A DNA stretch of 64,000 bases from an uncultured Candidatus Saccharibacteria bacterium (GTDB lineage: Bacteria; Patescibacteriota; Minisyncoccia; UBA6257; 2-01-FULL-56-20), in contig CAZAFA010000001.1 in NCBI GenBank assembly GCA_964484655.1, forward strand, positions 31,242-95,241, in the 5' to 3' direction. How positions within the stretch are numbered: the first letter of the stretch is position 1; every line of letters starts with the position of its first letter. The notes beneath the pieces are model-generated. The model was not told the DNA's origin and did no database searches. It worked only from the letters and a program-made list of their open reading frames with translations. Positions 18,974 to 28,273 of the stretch are shown here, piece by piece. Position numbers and translations under genes: made by a program.

Positions 18974-19554
18974 GCAGCCGCCGGCGCCGCGCCAAGCGCA
19001 ACCGCTACCTGATCGGCGCCGCCGTCGGCGCCTCGGCGCTCCTGCTCGCTATCGCCGCGGGCTGGTACCCGCTGGCGCTCGTGAACGGGAAGCCGATCTG
19101 GGCCTCGTCGTACCGCGCGTACGTCGCGTCGGCGATCGCGTATCAGCAGGCTGCTCGCGACACGTACGCGACCTCGTCACCGCTCCTGTCCGCGCAGGGC
19201 GAGCGCGCCCTCGGCGCGGTCGCGCTCGACGAGCTCGTCGAGCAGAAGCTCCTCCAGCAGGGCATGGCACAGCTCGTCGGCGACCATGCCGACCAGCTCG
19301 TCGAGAACAAGATGGCAGACCTCGCCAAGGAGCCTCAGCTGGTGGGCGCGAGCCGCGCGCTCTTCCAGCTCGACCCGCAGGCGTTCCGCCGCGTCGTGCT
19401 GCGCCCGCAGGCCATGCGCGAGGTGCTCTCCGGGCGCCTCTATCTCGATGGCACCACACTCGAGGCGTGGACGGAGGACGCCAGGAGGGGTGCGCGCGTG
19501 CGCCTGCTGACCGGCGCGTACGGCTGGCAGGACCGCAAGGTGCAGGCCCGGTAG
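18970..19554 (+). CDS. SurA N-terminal-like exported protein
   Basis: TM then ALVNGKPI...LDELVEQKLL pattern. Confidence 0.6.
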   Translation: MSSRRRRAKRNRYLIGAAVGASALLLAIAAGWYPLALVNGKPIWASSYRAYVASAIAYQQAARDTYATSSPLLSAQGERALGAVALDELVEQKLLQQGMAQLVGDHADQLVENKMADLAKEPQLVGASRALFQLDPQAFRRVVLRPQAMREVLSGRLYLDGTTLEAWTEDARRGARVRLLTGAYGWQDRKVQAR

Positions 19555-19577
19555 CCGGGTGCTACACTCTCACGCGC

Positions 19578-19648
19578 GCGGGATTAGTACATCGGTAGTA
19601 CGCTTGCTTCCCAAGCAAGAGAGACGGGTTCGATTCCCGTATCCCGCT
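19578..19648 (+). tRNA. tRNA-Gly(CCC)
   Basis: Cloverleaf, anticodon arm CTTGC-TTCCCAA-GCAAG, GGTTCGATT; no encoded CCA. Confidence 0.95.
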
Positions 19649-20835
19649 CAGAAGGAGAGCGTCTCGCGCTCGCGGATCAGCTCGGCGATGCCCGGGCGCA
19701 GCAGCGCTTCCGCAGGACGCGGCCGCGCGTTGTACGTCGACGCCATGGAGTATCCGTACGCTCCCGCGGTGAGGATGCCGAGGACGTCGCCCTCCTGCGG
19801 CAGGGGAAGCTCGCGGCCCTCGGCGAAGACGTCGCCGGACTCGCAGACGTTCCCCGCGACCGTGACGGTCTCGCGCGACGCGTCCGGGCTCGTGAGGTTC
19901 AGGACGTGGTGGTAGCTGCCGTACATGGCGGGGCGCGCGAGCTGGTTGAAGCCGCTGTCCACGCCGACGAACACCCGGTCCGGGGTGCGCTTCACGTCGG
20001 TCACGGTGACGAGGAGCGTCCCGCTCTCGGCCACGAGGTAGCGGCCTGCCTCGAAGCGCATCGTCAGCTGCCTGCCGTACTCTCCGCAGAAGCGCTGGAA
20101 GCGCTCGCCGATCCGCGCGCCGAGGGACGCGATGTCCAGCGCCTCCTCCTCAGGCCGGTACGGCACGCCGAACCCGCCGCCGAAGTCGACGTAGGTGAGG
20201 TCGGGGAGCGTCGCCGCGGTCGCGAGGAGCGCCTCGACGGCGGCCATGAAGACCTCCTGGTCGAGGACGTTGGAGCCGATATGCTGGTGCACCCCGACGA
20301 TGCGCAGGCCGAGCTCCTGCGCCCATGCCGCGGCCTGGTCCACCTGCTCGTGATGGATGCCGAACTTGCTGCGCGGCCCGCCCGTGATGACGTGGTCGTG
20401 GTGCCCGGCGCCGATGCCTTGGTTGACGCGGATGCCGATGCCGCCGCCGGGGATGATGCGGGCGAGCTTCTCGATCTGCCCGAACGAGTCCGCGTTGACG
20501 CGCACGCCGCGCTCAGCGACCGCGCGGAGCTCCGCCTCGGAGACGTTGCTGCAGGTGTAGAGAATGTCCGCAGGCGCGAAGCCCGCCGCGAGCGCGGCGC
20601 GCACCTCGCCCTCGGATACCGTCTCGACGCCGGCGCCGAGCTCGCGCAGGAGCTTGAGGATCGCGGGATTGGTGTTCGCCTTGCACGCGAAGTGGATCCG
20701 CGTGTCGTGCCAGGAGATGCCCGAAGCGAGCGCGCGGTACCGCTCGGCGATCGTCGACTCGTCGTACGCGTAGAGCGGCGAGCCGAAGCGCGCGAGGAGC
20801 GCGCGCGGGTCGTGGCCGGCAAGGCGGGGTTCCAT
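19648..20835 (-). CDS. lysA: Diaminopimelate decarboxylase
   Basis: FACKAN (PLP Lys), SKFG, HIGS, DFGGGFG, GRYLVA, CESGD, GAYG. Confidence 0.9.
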   Translation of the reverse strand: MEPRLAGHDPRALLARFGSPLYAYDESTIAERYRALASGISWHDTRIHFACKANTNPAILKLLRELGAGVETVSEGEVRAALAAGFAPADILYTCSNVSEAELRAVAERGVRVNADSFGQIEKLARIIPGGGIGIRVNQGIGAGHHDHVITGGPRSKFGIHHEQVDQAAAWAQELGLRIVGVHQHIGSNVLDQEVFMAAVEALLATAATLPDLTYVDFGGGFGVPYRPEEEALDIASLGARIGERFQRFCGEYGRQLTMRFEAGRYLVAESGTLLVTVTDVKRTPDRVFVGVDSGFNQLARPAMYGSYHHVLNLTSPDASRETVTVAGNVCESGDVFAEGRELPLPQEGDVLGILTAGAYGYSMASTYNARPRPAEALLRPGIAELIRERETLSF

Positions 20836-20883
20836 GCGCGGAAGTATAGCGAAGCCCCGCGTCATATGCGGGGCTTCGCGAGT

Positions 20884-20961
20884 TGGTAGCGCGTACGGGA
20901 TTCGAACCCGTGTTTTCGCCGTGAGAGGGCGACGTCCTGGACCGGGCTAGACGAACGCGCC
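20884..20961 (-). tRNA. tRNA-Glu(CTC)
   Basis: Reverse-strand cloverleaf, TCGCC-CTCTCAC-GGCGA, encoded CCA. Confidence 0.95.
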
Positions 20962-21000
20962 AGGCGGAGGTGAGTGTAGCAAGTAGCGACCGTGAGGCAA

Positions 21001-22449
21001 CTAGGCCTCCTCGTATCTGATTCCCAGCGCGAGCACGCGCGCGTCGTCGAAGCGCGTTCCCTGGAGCTGGAAGGAGACCGGGAGGCTCTCCGGGCCGTAC
21101 GCGGCATCGTTCCACGGCGTCACCGGCACCGAGATCGCGGGCAGCCCGGCGAGGTTCGCCGGGATCGTGAAGACGTCCGAGAGGTACATCGCGACCGGAT
21201 CGTCGGCCTTCTCGCCTGCCTTGAAGGCGGTCGTCGGGGTCGTGGGGGAGAGGATCGCGTCCACCTTCCCGAACGCCTCGTCGAAGTCGCGGGAGACGAG
21301 CGTGCGCGCGGCCTGCGCCTTCCCGTAGTAGGCGTCGTAGTAGCCCGAGGAGAGGACGAACGTGCCGAGGATGAGGCGCCGCTTCACCTCGGCGCCGAAG
21401 CCGGTGCCGCGCGCGTTGAGATAGCGCTCGAGGAGCGTGCCGTCGCTGCCGTGGACGGGCGCATAGCGGAGGCCGTCGTAGCGCGCGAGGTTCGAGCTCG
21501 CCTCGGCCGGCTGTATGACGTAGTAGCAGGCGAGCGCGAGGTCGGTATGCGGCAGCGAGATCTCCACGACCTCATGCCCGAGCGACTCGAAGCGCTTGCG
21601 CGCCTGCTCGAACCCGGCAGCGATCTCAGGCGCGAGGTCGCCGGAGAGGTACTCCTTCGGGATGCCAATGCGCATGCCCTGCGCGGACGACGCGTCGACG
21701 TGCGCGAGGCCTTCGGCGAGGTCGCGGTGCGCGGTGGTCGCGTCGAGCGGATCCGGACCGGCGATCGCGGCGAAGACGGTCGCGGCGTCGCGGACGGTCT
21801 TCGCGAACGGGCCGATCTGATCCAGGCTGCTCGCGAGCGCGATCGCGCCGGAGCGCGAGACGGCTCCATAGGTCGGCTTGAAGCCGACCGCGCCGCAGAA
21901 GGCGGCGGGCTGGCGGATGCTGCCTCCGGTGTCCGTCCCGAGCGCCGCGAGCGCCTCGCTGTCGGCGACGGCAGCCGCCGAGCCGCCGGAGCTGCCGCCC
22001 GGCACGCGCTCGAGGTCCCACGGGTTGCGCGTGACGCCGAGCGCCGAGTTCTCGGTGGAGGAGCCCATCGCGAACTCGTCCAGGTTCGTCTTCCCGACGA
22101 GCACGGCGCCGGCGTCCTTGAGGCGCGCCACGGCGGTCGCGTCGTAGCTCGCCTCGTAGCTCTCGAGGATCCGGGAGGCGGCGGTAGCCGGCGCTCCCTG
22201 CACGAGCAGGTTGTCCTTGATCGCGACCGGGATGCCGTCCAGGTCGCCCTTGGTCGCGCCCTTCGCGCGGCGCTCGTCCGAAGCGGCCGCGGTCGCGAGC
22301 ATCTCGTCGGTCATCACGTGCAGGTACGCGCCGACCTCCTCCCGCTCCTGGATGCGCGCGAGGGTCGCGCGCGCGAGATCGGTCGCGGTGTACGTCCCCG
22401 CGGCGAGTTCCCGGGCGGCGTCGGCGATGGTGAGCTTGGCGAGGTCCAT
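21001..22449 (-). CDS. gatA: Asp/Glu-tRNA amidotransferase subunit A
   Basis: KTNLDEFAMGSS, PGGSSGGS, GTDTGGSIRQPA, SSNLARYDG. Confidence 0.96.
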   Translation of the reverse strand: MDLAKLTIADAARELAAGTYTATDLARATLARIQEREEVGAYLHVMTDEMLATAAASDERRAKGATKGDLDGIPVAIKDNLLVQGAPATAASRILESYEASYDATAVARLKDAGAVLVGKTNLDEFAMGSSTENSALGVTRNPWDLERVPGGSSGGSAAAVADSEALAALGTDTGGSIRQPAAFCGAVGFKPTYGAVSRSGAIALASSLDQIGPFAKTVRDAATVFAAIAGPDPLDATTAHRDLAEGLAHVDASSAQGMRIGIPKEYLSGDLAPEIAAGFEQARKRFESLGHEVVEISLPHTDLALACYYVIQPAEASSNLARYDGLRYAPVHGSDGTLLERYLNARGTGFGAEVKRRLILGTFVLSSGYYDAYYGKAQAARTLVSRDFDEAFGKVDAILSPTTPTTAFKAGEKADDPVAMYLSDVFTIPANLAGLPAISVPVTPWNDAAYGPESLPVSFQLQGTRFDDARVLALGIRYEEA

Positions 22450-22451
22450 GG

Positions 22452-22727
22452 TCAGAATACGCGGGGCACCTTGAGGAAGCCGTCCTCGGACTCGGGGAAG
22501 GCGCGCTTCGCGTCCTCGCCGATACGGGCGCTCTCGCCGTCCTCGCGGAAGACGCCGCGCTCCGGAGCGGCATGCGTCGCCGGCGCCTGCTTGGCCGCCT
22601 CGAGCCGGCTCACGTGCCCGAGGATGTTTCCGAGGTCCGCGGCGAGGCGCTCCGTCTCGACGGCTTCGAGGCGGATGCGCGCGAGGCCGGCAAGGCGGGA
22701 TACCTCCTCGGGAGATACGTCGGGCAT
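22452..22727 (-). CDS. gatC: Amidotransferase subunit C
   Basis: EEVSRLAGLARI...FRED...FLKVPRVF directly upstream of gatA. Confidence 0.92.
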   Translation of the reverse strand: MPDVSPEEVSRLAGLARIRLEAVETERLAADLGNILGHVSRLEAAKQAPATHAAPERGVFREDGESARIGEDAKRAFPESEDGFLKVPRVF

Positions 22728-22759
22728 GCGGAGAGTGTAGGCCGAATCCGCGGGCGCTG

Positions 22760-23272
22760 CTACCGCTTCGGGTGCACGCAGATGATGCGCTGCGTCCAGT
22801 GCTCGCGCAGCGTCGCGAGCGGCACCTCGTAGCGGACCCCCTCGCGCGTGTCGCGGAACGGGTCGTAGACGGTGGCGGAGCCGCCCTCGAGGCCGCAGAC
22901 GACGATGAGGTGGCTGCTCTCGCTCGGCGAGAACGCTGGCGCCACGGACGCGACCACCGGGCCGCGCGCGACCGCGTCCTCGAGGTGCTCCCACGCATCC
23001 TCAGGGAGATCGCCGCTCCAGTCCTCGGGGTGAGCGCGCACGCCGAAGCTTCGCGCGACCGCGGCAAGCTCGCGATGGAGCCAGCCGTTCCCCTCATGAT
23101 ACGCGCCGGTCTCGAGGCCGCGCGCGAGCACCTCCTCGACGGACGGGGGGTTCTCGATGCCCGAGGCGCCGAGGACCATGGCGAGCGCAGCGGCGCCGCA
23201 GGAGCGGCGACGGTACGCAGGATCGCTGACGTCCAGGAGCTGCGAGTAGGCGGGGAGGGTGCGGTCGGTCAT
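22760..23272 (-). CDS. C39-like cysteine peptidase
   Basis: YSQ...SCGAAALAMVL, SHLIVVCG, VYDP. Confidence 0.85.
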   Translation of the reverse strand: MTDRTLPAYSQLLDVSDPAYRRRSCGAAALAMVLGASGIENPPSVEEVLARGLETGAYHEGNGWLHRELAAVARSFGVRAHPEDWSGDLPEDAWEHLEDAVARGPVVASVAPAFSPSESSHLIVVCGLEGGSATVYDPFRDTREGVRYEVPLATLREHWTQRIICVHPKR

Positions 23273-23835
23273 TTGTTCGGCTGCCAGAAGACGCCAGCGG
23301 GATGCTTCGGCGCCTGCTTCTTCCTGCCGGCGAATCCCTTGTCGAGCGCGTCGTGCCACCAGTAGCTCTCCACCGGCCGGTACTTCAGGGGGGCGCGCAC
23401 GGGGGCCATGGTCTTGTCGCCGTCGTTGTGCACGGCCTCGCCGCCGCCGACGTAGAAGCCGCAGTGGCTGACGAGCGGCTGGTACACGCCTGTGTCCTTC
23501 CTCATGCGCGACGCGTCAGCGGGCTTGGGGAGCCAGAAGACGACGCACCCGACGCGGGGCCGGGGGATCTCGTGCCACCCGGATTCCTTCATGTCGCGCT
23601 TGAGGCGGTTGATCGTGACCTGCACCTCCTGCACGAGGTTGAAGAGCTTGAGGATGCTCGCGGTATAGAAGGAGCAGCTCACGCGTCCGTCGCGGACGAT
23701 GTTCGTCCTCTTCCCGTTGACCTTCGCCCAGAAGCTCCGGAACAGGGGAGTGCCGACGCTCGCGCCGATCATCGCGAGGTAGGTGTCCAGCAGGAGCGGC
23801 TCGACGACCACGCCCTTCAGCTTCTTCAGCGCCAT
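23269..23835 (-). CDS. NlpC/P60-like papain-fold protein
   Basis: SCSFY, PRVGCVVFW, HCGFYVGGGEAVHN. Confidence 0.7.
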   Translation of the reverse strand: MALKKLKGVVVEPLLLDTYLAMIGASVGTPLFRSFWAKVNGKRTNIVRDGRVSCSFYTASILKLFNLVQEVQVTINRLKRDMKESGWHEIPRPRVGCVVFWLPKPADASRMRKDTGVYQPLVSHCGFYVGGGEAVHNDGDKTMAPVRAPLKYRPVESYWWHDALDKGFAGRKKQAPKHPAGVFWQPNK

Positions 23836-23900
23836 GGCGCGAGTGTACCACGTACGCCAAGCGGCGCCTCGTGGGCGCCGCTTGGCTGGGGATCCGCTTG

Positions 23901-23972
23901 TTGCGGGGACAGGAGTCGAACCTGCTACCTTGAGCTTATGGGGCTCACATGCAACCGTTACACTTCCCCGCG
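23901..23972 (-). tRNA. tRNA-Met(CAT), initiator-type acceptor stem, atypical anticodon arm
   Basis: CGCGGGG/CCCCGCA-A with C1:A72 mismatch; TGAGC-CCCATAA-GCTCA. Confidence 0.88.
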
Positions 23973-24097
23973 GAACAGAAGGTAGCCCGTGCGGTGGGGA
24001 AAGGCAAGCTTGCCGACCCTGTCAAGGCGCGCTACTATCCGCCTTAGCTCTGCAGTCCCGAAAGGGTGAGCACATCAAAAAAGAGAGGACAGCGAAA

Positions 24098-24505
24098 ATG
24101 AAATTTACCTTCGCGATCGCAGCTATCATGCTGCTCGCGTTCGTATCGTTCGCTTCGTCGAGCTCACCGCCGACCGGCACGGTCGTCGCCTTGACCAAGA
24201 AGGCAACGCTGCCGACGGCGGCCGCAGTACCTGGCGCGCTCGCCTCGGTTCCCCTCGTATCGGAACCGGCATCAGCATCGCGTCCGGTCCTCGAGTCCGA
24301 CGTTCCATTCCAACCCGAAAGTATGAGGCATGTCGCGCTGCTAACAACCAGCGAACGTGTCGGCTCTGACGCCGAAGGTGAACCCGCCGTGGGAGTAATC
24401 GAAGCAAGCGTCGTCCGCGAGGACGCGCTCGCCGCAACCTACGATGGCATCCACCGGATCACGCAGGGAGGTCGTATCACTCCCGCATCGAATGGTGCAG
24501 CGTAA
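24098..24505 (+). CDS. Hypothetical secreted protein
   Basis: Signal peptide MKFTFAIAAIMLLAFVSFA; SD GAGG; terminator 24555-24584. Confidence 0.65.
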   Translation: MKFTFAIAAIMLLAFVSFASSSSPPTGTVVALTKKATLPTAAAVPGALASVPLVSEPASASRPVLESDVPFQPESMRHVALLTTSERVGSDAEGEPAVGVIEASVVREDALAATYDGIHRITQGGRITPASNGAA

Positions 24506-24613
24506 GCTGCCCAACCCGCTGCTGGAAGTCAGACACCTGTTTTTCTCAAAGATCGAAGGGCCCGCATTGCGGGTCCTTTCGTTTCTAAACGGACTCCTAT
24601 ATAAAGAGCGCAC

Positions 24614-24688
24614 GCCAGGGTAGCTCAGCTGGTTGAGAGCGCGCGACTCATAATCGCGAGGTCGAGGGTTCGAGTCCCTCCCCTGGTA
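24614..24688 (+). tRNA. tRNA with CAT anticodon (elongator Met or Ile2)
   Basis: Cloverleaf, CGCGA-CTCATAA-TCGCG, paired 1:72. Confidence 0.92.
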
Positions 24689-24729
24689 CACTCAATGCAT
24701 CCCGCCTGAGATCGTCAGGCACCACAGCC

Positions 24730-26181
24730 ATGCGTCTTTCCGTCCCGCGCGAGGTCCAGGACGTCGTCGCGCTCCTGACCTATAACGGCCACGAAGCCTT
24801 CCTCGTCGGAGGCTGCGTTCGCGACGCGCTCCGCGGCGTCCCCGCGCACGACTGGGATGTCGCGACCAACGCAGAGCCCGAGCAGGTGCAGGCGCTGTTC
24901 CCGGACTCCGTGTACGAGAACCGCTTCGGCACGGTCGGGGTGAAGACGGGGAGCGAGGACCCGACGCTCGCCATCGTCGAGGTCACCACGTACCGCGTGG
25001 ACGGCCCGTACCTCGACGGGCGCCATCCGGAGACGGTTTCGCGCGCGCGGACGATCGAGGAGGACCTCTCGCGCCGCGACTTCACCGTCAACGCCATGGC
25101 GTACGGCGACGGCGCGCTCGTGGACCCGTTCAACGGCGAGGACGACCTCAAGGCGAAGCTCGTCCGTGCGGTCGGGGATCCGCACGAGCGCTTCGGCGAG
25201 GACGCGCTCCGCCTGATGCGCGCGGTGCGCTTCTGCGCGCAGCTCGGCTTCGAGCTCGAGCCGCGCACGCGGCAGGCGGTGGCCGACCTCGCGAGCACGA
25301 TCGCCAACGTCAGCGAGGAGCGCGTGCGGGACGAGCTCGTCAAGCTCGTCATGAGCCCCGGCGCCGAGCAGGGGATGGAGCTCATGCGCGAGCTCGGGCT
25401 CTTGCAGCACGTCGTCCCCGAGCTCATGGAAGGCGTCGGCGTGACGCAGAACAAGCACCACGTCTTCACGGTATACGAGCACAACCTGAAGGCGATGGCG
25501 TTCGCCGTCTCGCAGGGCTACGACCTCAACGTCCGCCTCGCCTCGCTGCTCCACGACGTCGGCAAGCCGCGCGTGAAGCGCGGCGAGGGGCCGGACTCGA
25601 CCTTCTACAACCACGAGGTCGTCGGTGCGCGGCAGACGCGGGACATACTGAACCGCCTGCGCTTTCCGAAGGAGACGGTCCAGACCGTCTCGCATCTCGT
25701 GCGTCATCACATGTTCTACTACAACGTCGACGAGGTCTCTCCCGCGGGCGTGCGCCGCTTCGTGCGGCGCGTCGGTCCGGAGCACATCGACGACTTGTTC
25801 CGCCTCCGCGAGGCGGACCGCATCGGATCGGGCGTGCCCAAGGCGGTCCCGTACAAGCTGCGTCATCTGCGCTACATGATCGACAGCGTGAAGGCCGACC
25901 CGATCGACGCGAAGATGCTCAAGGTCACGGGCACCGACCTCATGGAGCAGCTCGGGCTGCAGCCGGGGCCTATCCTCGGCCAGATACTCGCCATCCTCCT
26001 CGAGGAGGTGATCGAGGATCCGGGGAAGAACGCGAAGGAGGCACTGCTGGCGCGCGCCAAGGAGGTCATGGCGCTATCGGCGGAGGAGCGCGCCGCGCTC
26101 ACCGAGGCCGCGCGACGGCGCGCGCAGGAGGAAGAGGAGGAGCAGGACGCGGCGATCCGTCGCGCGCACCGGGTGCGCTAG
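24730..26181 (+). CDS. cca: tRNA nucleotidyltransferase (CCA-adding) with HD domain
   Basis: VGGCVRD, DWDVAT, RRDFTVNA, EDALR, LLHDVGK. Confidence 0.9.
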   Translation: MRLSVPREVQDVVALLTYNGHEAFLVGGCVRDALRGVPAHDWDVATNAEPEQVQALFPDSVYENRFGTVGVKTGSEDPTLAIVEVTTYRVDGPYLDGRHPETVSRARTIEEDLSRRDFTVNAMAYGDGALVDPFNGEDDLKAKLVRAVGDPHERFGEDALRLMRAVRFCAQLGFELEPRTRQAVADLASTIANVSEERVRDELVKLVMSPGAEQGMELMRELGLLQHVVPELMEGVGVTQNKHHVFTVYEHNLKAMAFAVSQGYDLNVRLASLLHDVGKPRVKRGEGPDSTFYNHEVVGARQTRDILNRLRFPKETVQTVSHLVRHHMFYYNVDEVSPAGVRRFVRRVGPEHIDDLFRLREADRIGSGVPKAVPYKLRHLRYMIDSVKADPIDAKMLKVTGTDLMEQLGLQPGPILGQILAILLEEVIEDPGKNAKEALLARAKEVMALSAEERAALTEAARRRAQEEEEEQDAAIRRAHRVR

Positions 26182-26233
26182 CCGACGCTGTCCACGCATT
26201 CCCACTCATGAGCGCGCCTCGTATACTTGGGGC

Positions 26234-26662
26234 ATGTTCCGCGGCGACCGGCTCTTACGCCTAGTCCTCAATACCTGGACCGCCCTCATCCTGCCGTTCG
26301 TCATCTTCAACTTCTTCACGCACGAGGTGCTCGAGTACCTCGCGGTGCCCGTAGCCGTGCTCTACGTCGGCCTGCTGACGCTCTACGTCGGCACCAAGGA
26401 GTTCGAGCGCTGGTACGACCTCCATCACGGGAGGCATCCCGGCGAGTGGTTCGTGATCGCCTGGACGCTGGTCATGATCTTCCTCTTCGGCTGCTCGATC
26501 GCGCTCGGACCCGAGCACACCATCCACTCGGATCTCGTCGCCGTCTACGTGGCGGTCCTCACTCTTTACGCCTTCACGCATCATTCCAAGGAGCTTCACC
26601 GGAGGAAGCGGGCTCTGGACCGCCGCGAGCAGGCCGTTGAACGGCGGGAGGGGACCGTATAG
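26234..26662 (+). CDS. Hypothetical 4-TM membrane protein
   Basis: Four hydrophobic segments; TATACT 6 nt upstream. Confidence 0.75.
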   Translation: MFRGDRLLRLVLNTWTALILPFVIFNFFTHEVLEYLAVPVAVLYVGLLTLYVGTKEFERWYDLHHGRHPGEWFVIAWTLVMIFLFGCSIALGPEHTIHSDLVAVYVAVLTLYAFTHHSKELHRRKRALDRREQAVERREGTV

Positions 26663-26681
26663 GATAGGCGGGTTCCGAAAA

Positions 26682-26755
26682 CGGGCCGTAGTATACCGGT
26701 AGTACGTGCGCTTCGGGTGCGTAAAGACCGAGTTCGATTCTCGGCGGCCCGACCA
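26682..26755 (+). tRNA. tRNA-Pro(CGG)
   Basis: Cloverleaf, TGCGC-TTCGGGT-GCGTA, encoded CCA. Confidence 0.95.
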
Positions 26756-26758
26756 GGA

Positions 26759-26814
26759 GTCAACGAGCATCCCTAGGGATGCTCGTTGACCATTTATCTA
26801 AAATTCCTTATAAT
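26759..26814 (+). promoter_or_regulatory. 32-bp perfect palindrome overlapping the -35 of a sigma70 promoter
   Basis: GTCAACGAGCATCCCTAGGGATGCTCGTTGAC; TTGACC-17-TATAAT. Confidence 0.7.
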
Positions 26815-26863
26815 ATGAGGCGCCGAAAGGCGTGTTCCAAGAAAACAGAATATGGAGAATTTT

Positions 26864-28273
26864 ATGAACAAACATCAGGCACACAGAGGAAGGGGGAGCG
26901 CCGTCACGTTGGCGATCCTGCTCCTCTCGATGGTCGCGTTACTCGCGACGCCGCTGGTGCGTTCTATCGGCGCGAAGTACGAATACTCCGCGCGCGAGGA
27001 CGCTGCCAGCAACGAGATCCTGCCGACGATGACCGCAGCCCAGTTCGTGGCCGAGGTCGAGCGTCTGCGGGAGCGGAGCGCTACGATACGCGCTCCGGAC
27101 TACGAGGCATACTTCGCCTTCCTGAGCGAAGCGCGGACGCTCGAACGCGTCGGCGCCAAGCTCGATCAAGCGGGGAGCATCGAGGTCCGCGGCAGACTCC
27201 TGTCGCTGAACGGCATCCAGATGAATCTGGCGAACACGTTCATGGAGGAATTCAGGCTTAACCCCCTGTTCAACGTCATGACCGCTTCGCCTGGCTTCAA
27301 GGAGGCGCAGCAGAATGCCGACGCCACCGAGCGCGCCATACGCGCGAGGATCGAGATGCCGCCCGAGTACCAGCTCGGCACCGTCTTCTCGCTCTGGCTG
27401 ACCGCCCTGCTGTGCTGCATCCCCTTCGGGGTCGGCACGGTCGCGCTGCAGCTGCGTCGCATGCATGGCGAGTCCTACGGCTCGATCATGCTGGCGTTCT
27501 TCAGCGACTGGCGCCTGGCAGCCGCGTCCCTCACGGGTCCGGCGTCGCCGGTGGTCCTGCGGATCCTGTTCTGCGATCGCGACCAGCTTCGCGTGGACGT
27601 GCGCTACCTGGCGTACGCCCTGAGCAGCTTCCTTTCCGTCTTCGTCGGCGGGGGAGCGGTCGCGGTCAAGGCGCAGACGCCGAACGCGCCGAGCAAGAAG
27701 CTTTCCGGCTCGGTGACCGAGCGCGTAGAAGCGGACGAGTCAGGGATCGTCTCCACCACCATGGCGGGCGTGACCTACGATCCGACCGGCTCGAGCCTCG
27801 AAGGCATCGCGGTGAAGGGCGACGGCTTCACGCGCACGTACGCCCTGTACGTGCAGCGCATCAAGAAGTGGTCCACGCCCCGCATCAAGGCGAGCGTTTC
27901 CAGCGTGACCGGCCTGATGACGTTCAAGGCCCGTTCCAGCAGCACGAACGTGTATGCGGTGACGGGCGCGCGAGCGAGCATCGCCTCGGGCAGGTTCTTC
28001 TGGAACACGCCACATGCGGCGATCGAGACGCCGCTGACGCGGGACGCGCGTATCACCTCCGCGATCATCACCCGGCCGGGATGGAAACTGACCGACCGCG
28101 TTTCGATCGTCGGGGAGCAGTTCGCGCGATTCACCGCAGGCAGCAAGCCGAAGCTGACGAGCTACGCGCTCGTCAACGTGAAGCTCGGCTCGCGTGCGAC
28201 CTTGGAGGCGGGCGGCTACCGCACCAACTCCGGACTGACTGGCCTGCGCGTCCAGTTCGGTCTCAGCTTCTAG
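26864..28273 (+). CDS. Hypothetical membrane protein with beta-barrel-like C-terminal domain
   Basis: Several TMs, then about 200 aa of amphipathic beta strands ending GLRVQFGLSF; SD GGAG. Confidence 0.7.
   Translation: MNKHQAHRGRGSAVTLAILLLSMVALLATPLVRSIGAKYEYSAREDAASNEILPTMTAAQFVAEVERLRERSATIRAPDYEAYFAFLSEARTLERVGAKLDQAGSIEVRGRLLSLNGIQMNLANTFMEEFRLNPLFNVMTASPGFKEAQQNADATERAIRARIEMPPEYQLGTVFSLWLTALLCCIPFGVGTVALQLRRMHGESYGSIMLAFFSDWRLAAASLTGPASPVVLRILFCDRDQLRVDVRYLAYALSSFLSVFVGGGAVAVKAQTPNAPSKKLSGSVTERVEADESGIVSTTMAGVTYDPTGSSLEGIAVKGDGFTRTYALYVQRIKKWSTPRIKASVSSVTGLMTFKARSSSTNVYAVTGARASIASGRFFWNTPHAAIETPLTRDARITSAIITRPGWKLTDRVSIVGEQFARFTAGSKPKLTSYALVNVKLGSRATLEAGGYRTNSGLTGLRVQFGLSF

Noticed and set aside
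22450-23097. 698-aa GatA with long N-terminus
   Set aside because: The extension overlaps gatC and the C39 gene; real start is 22449
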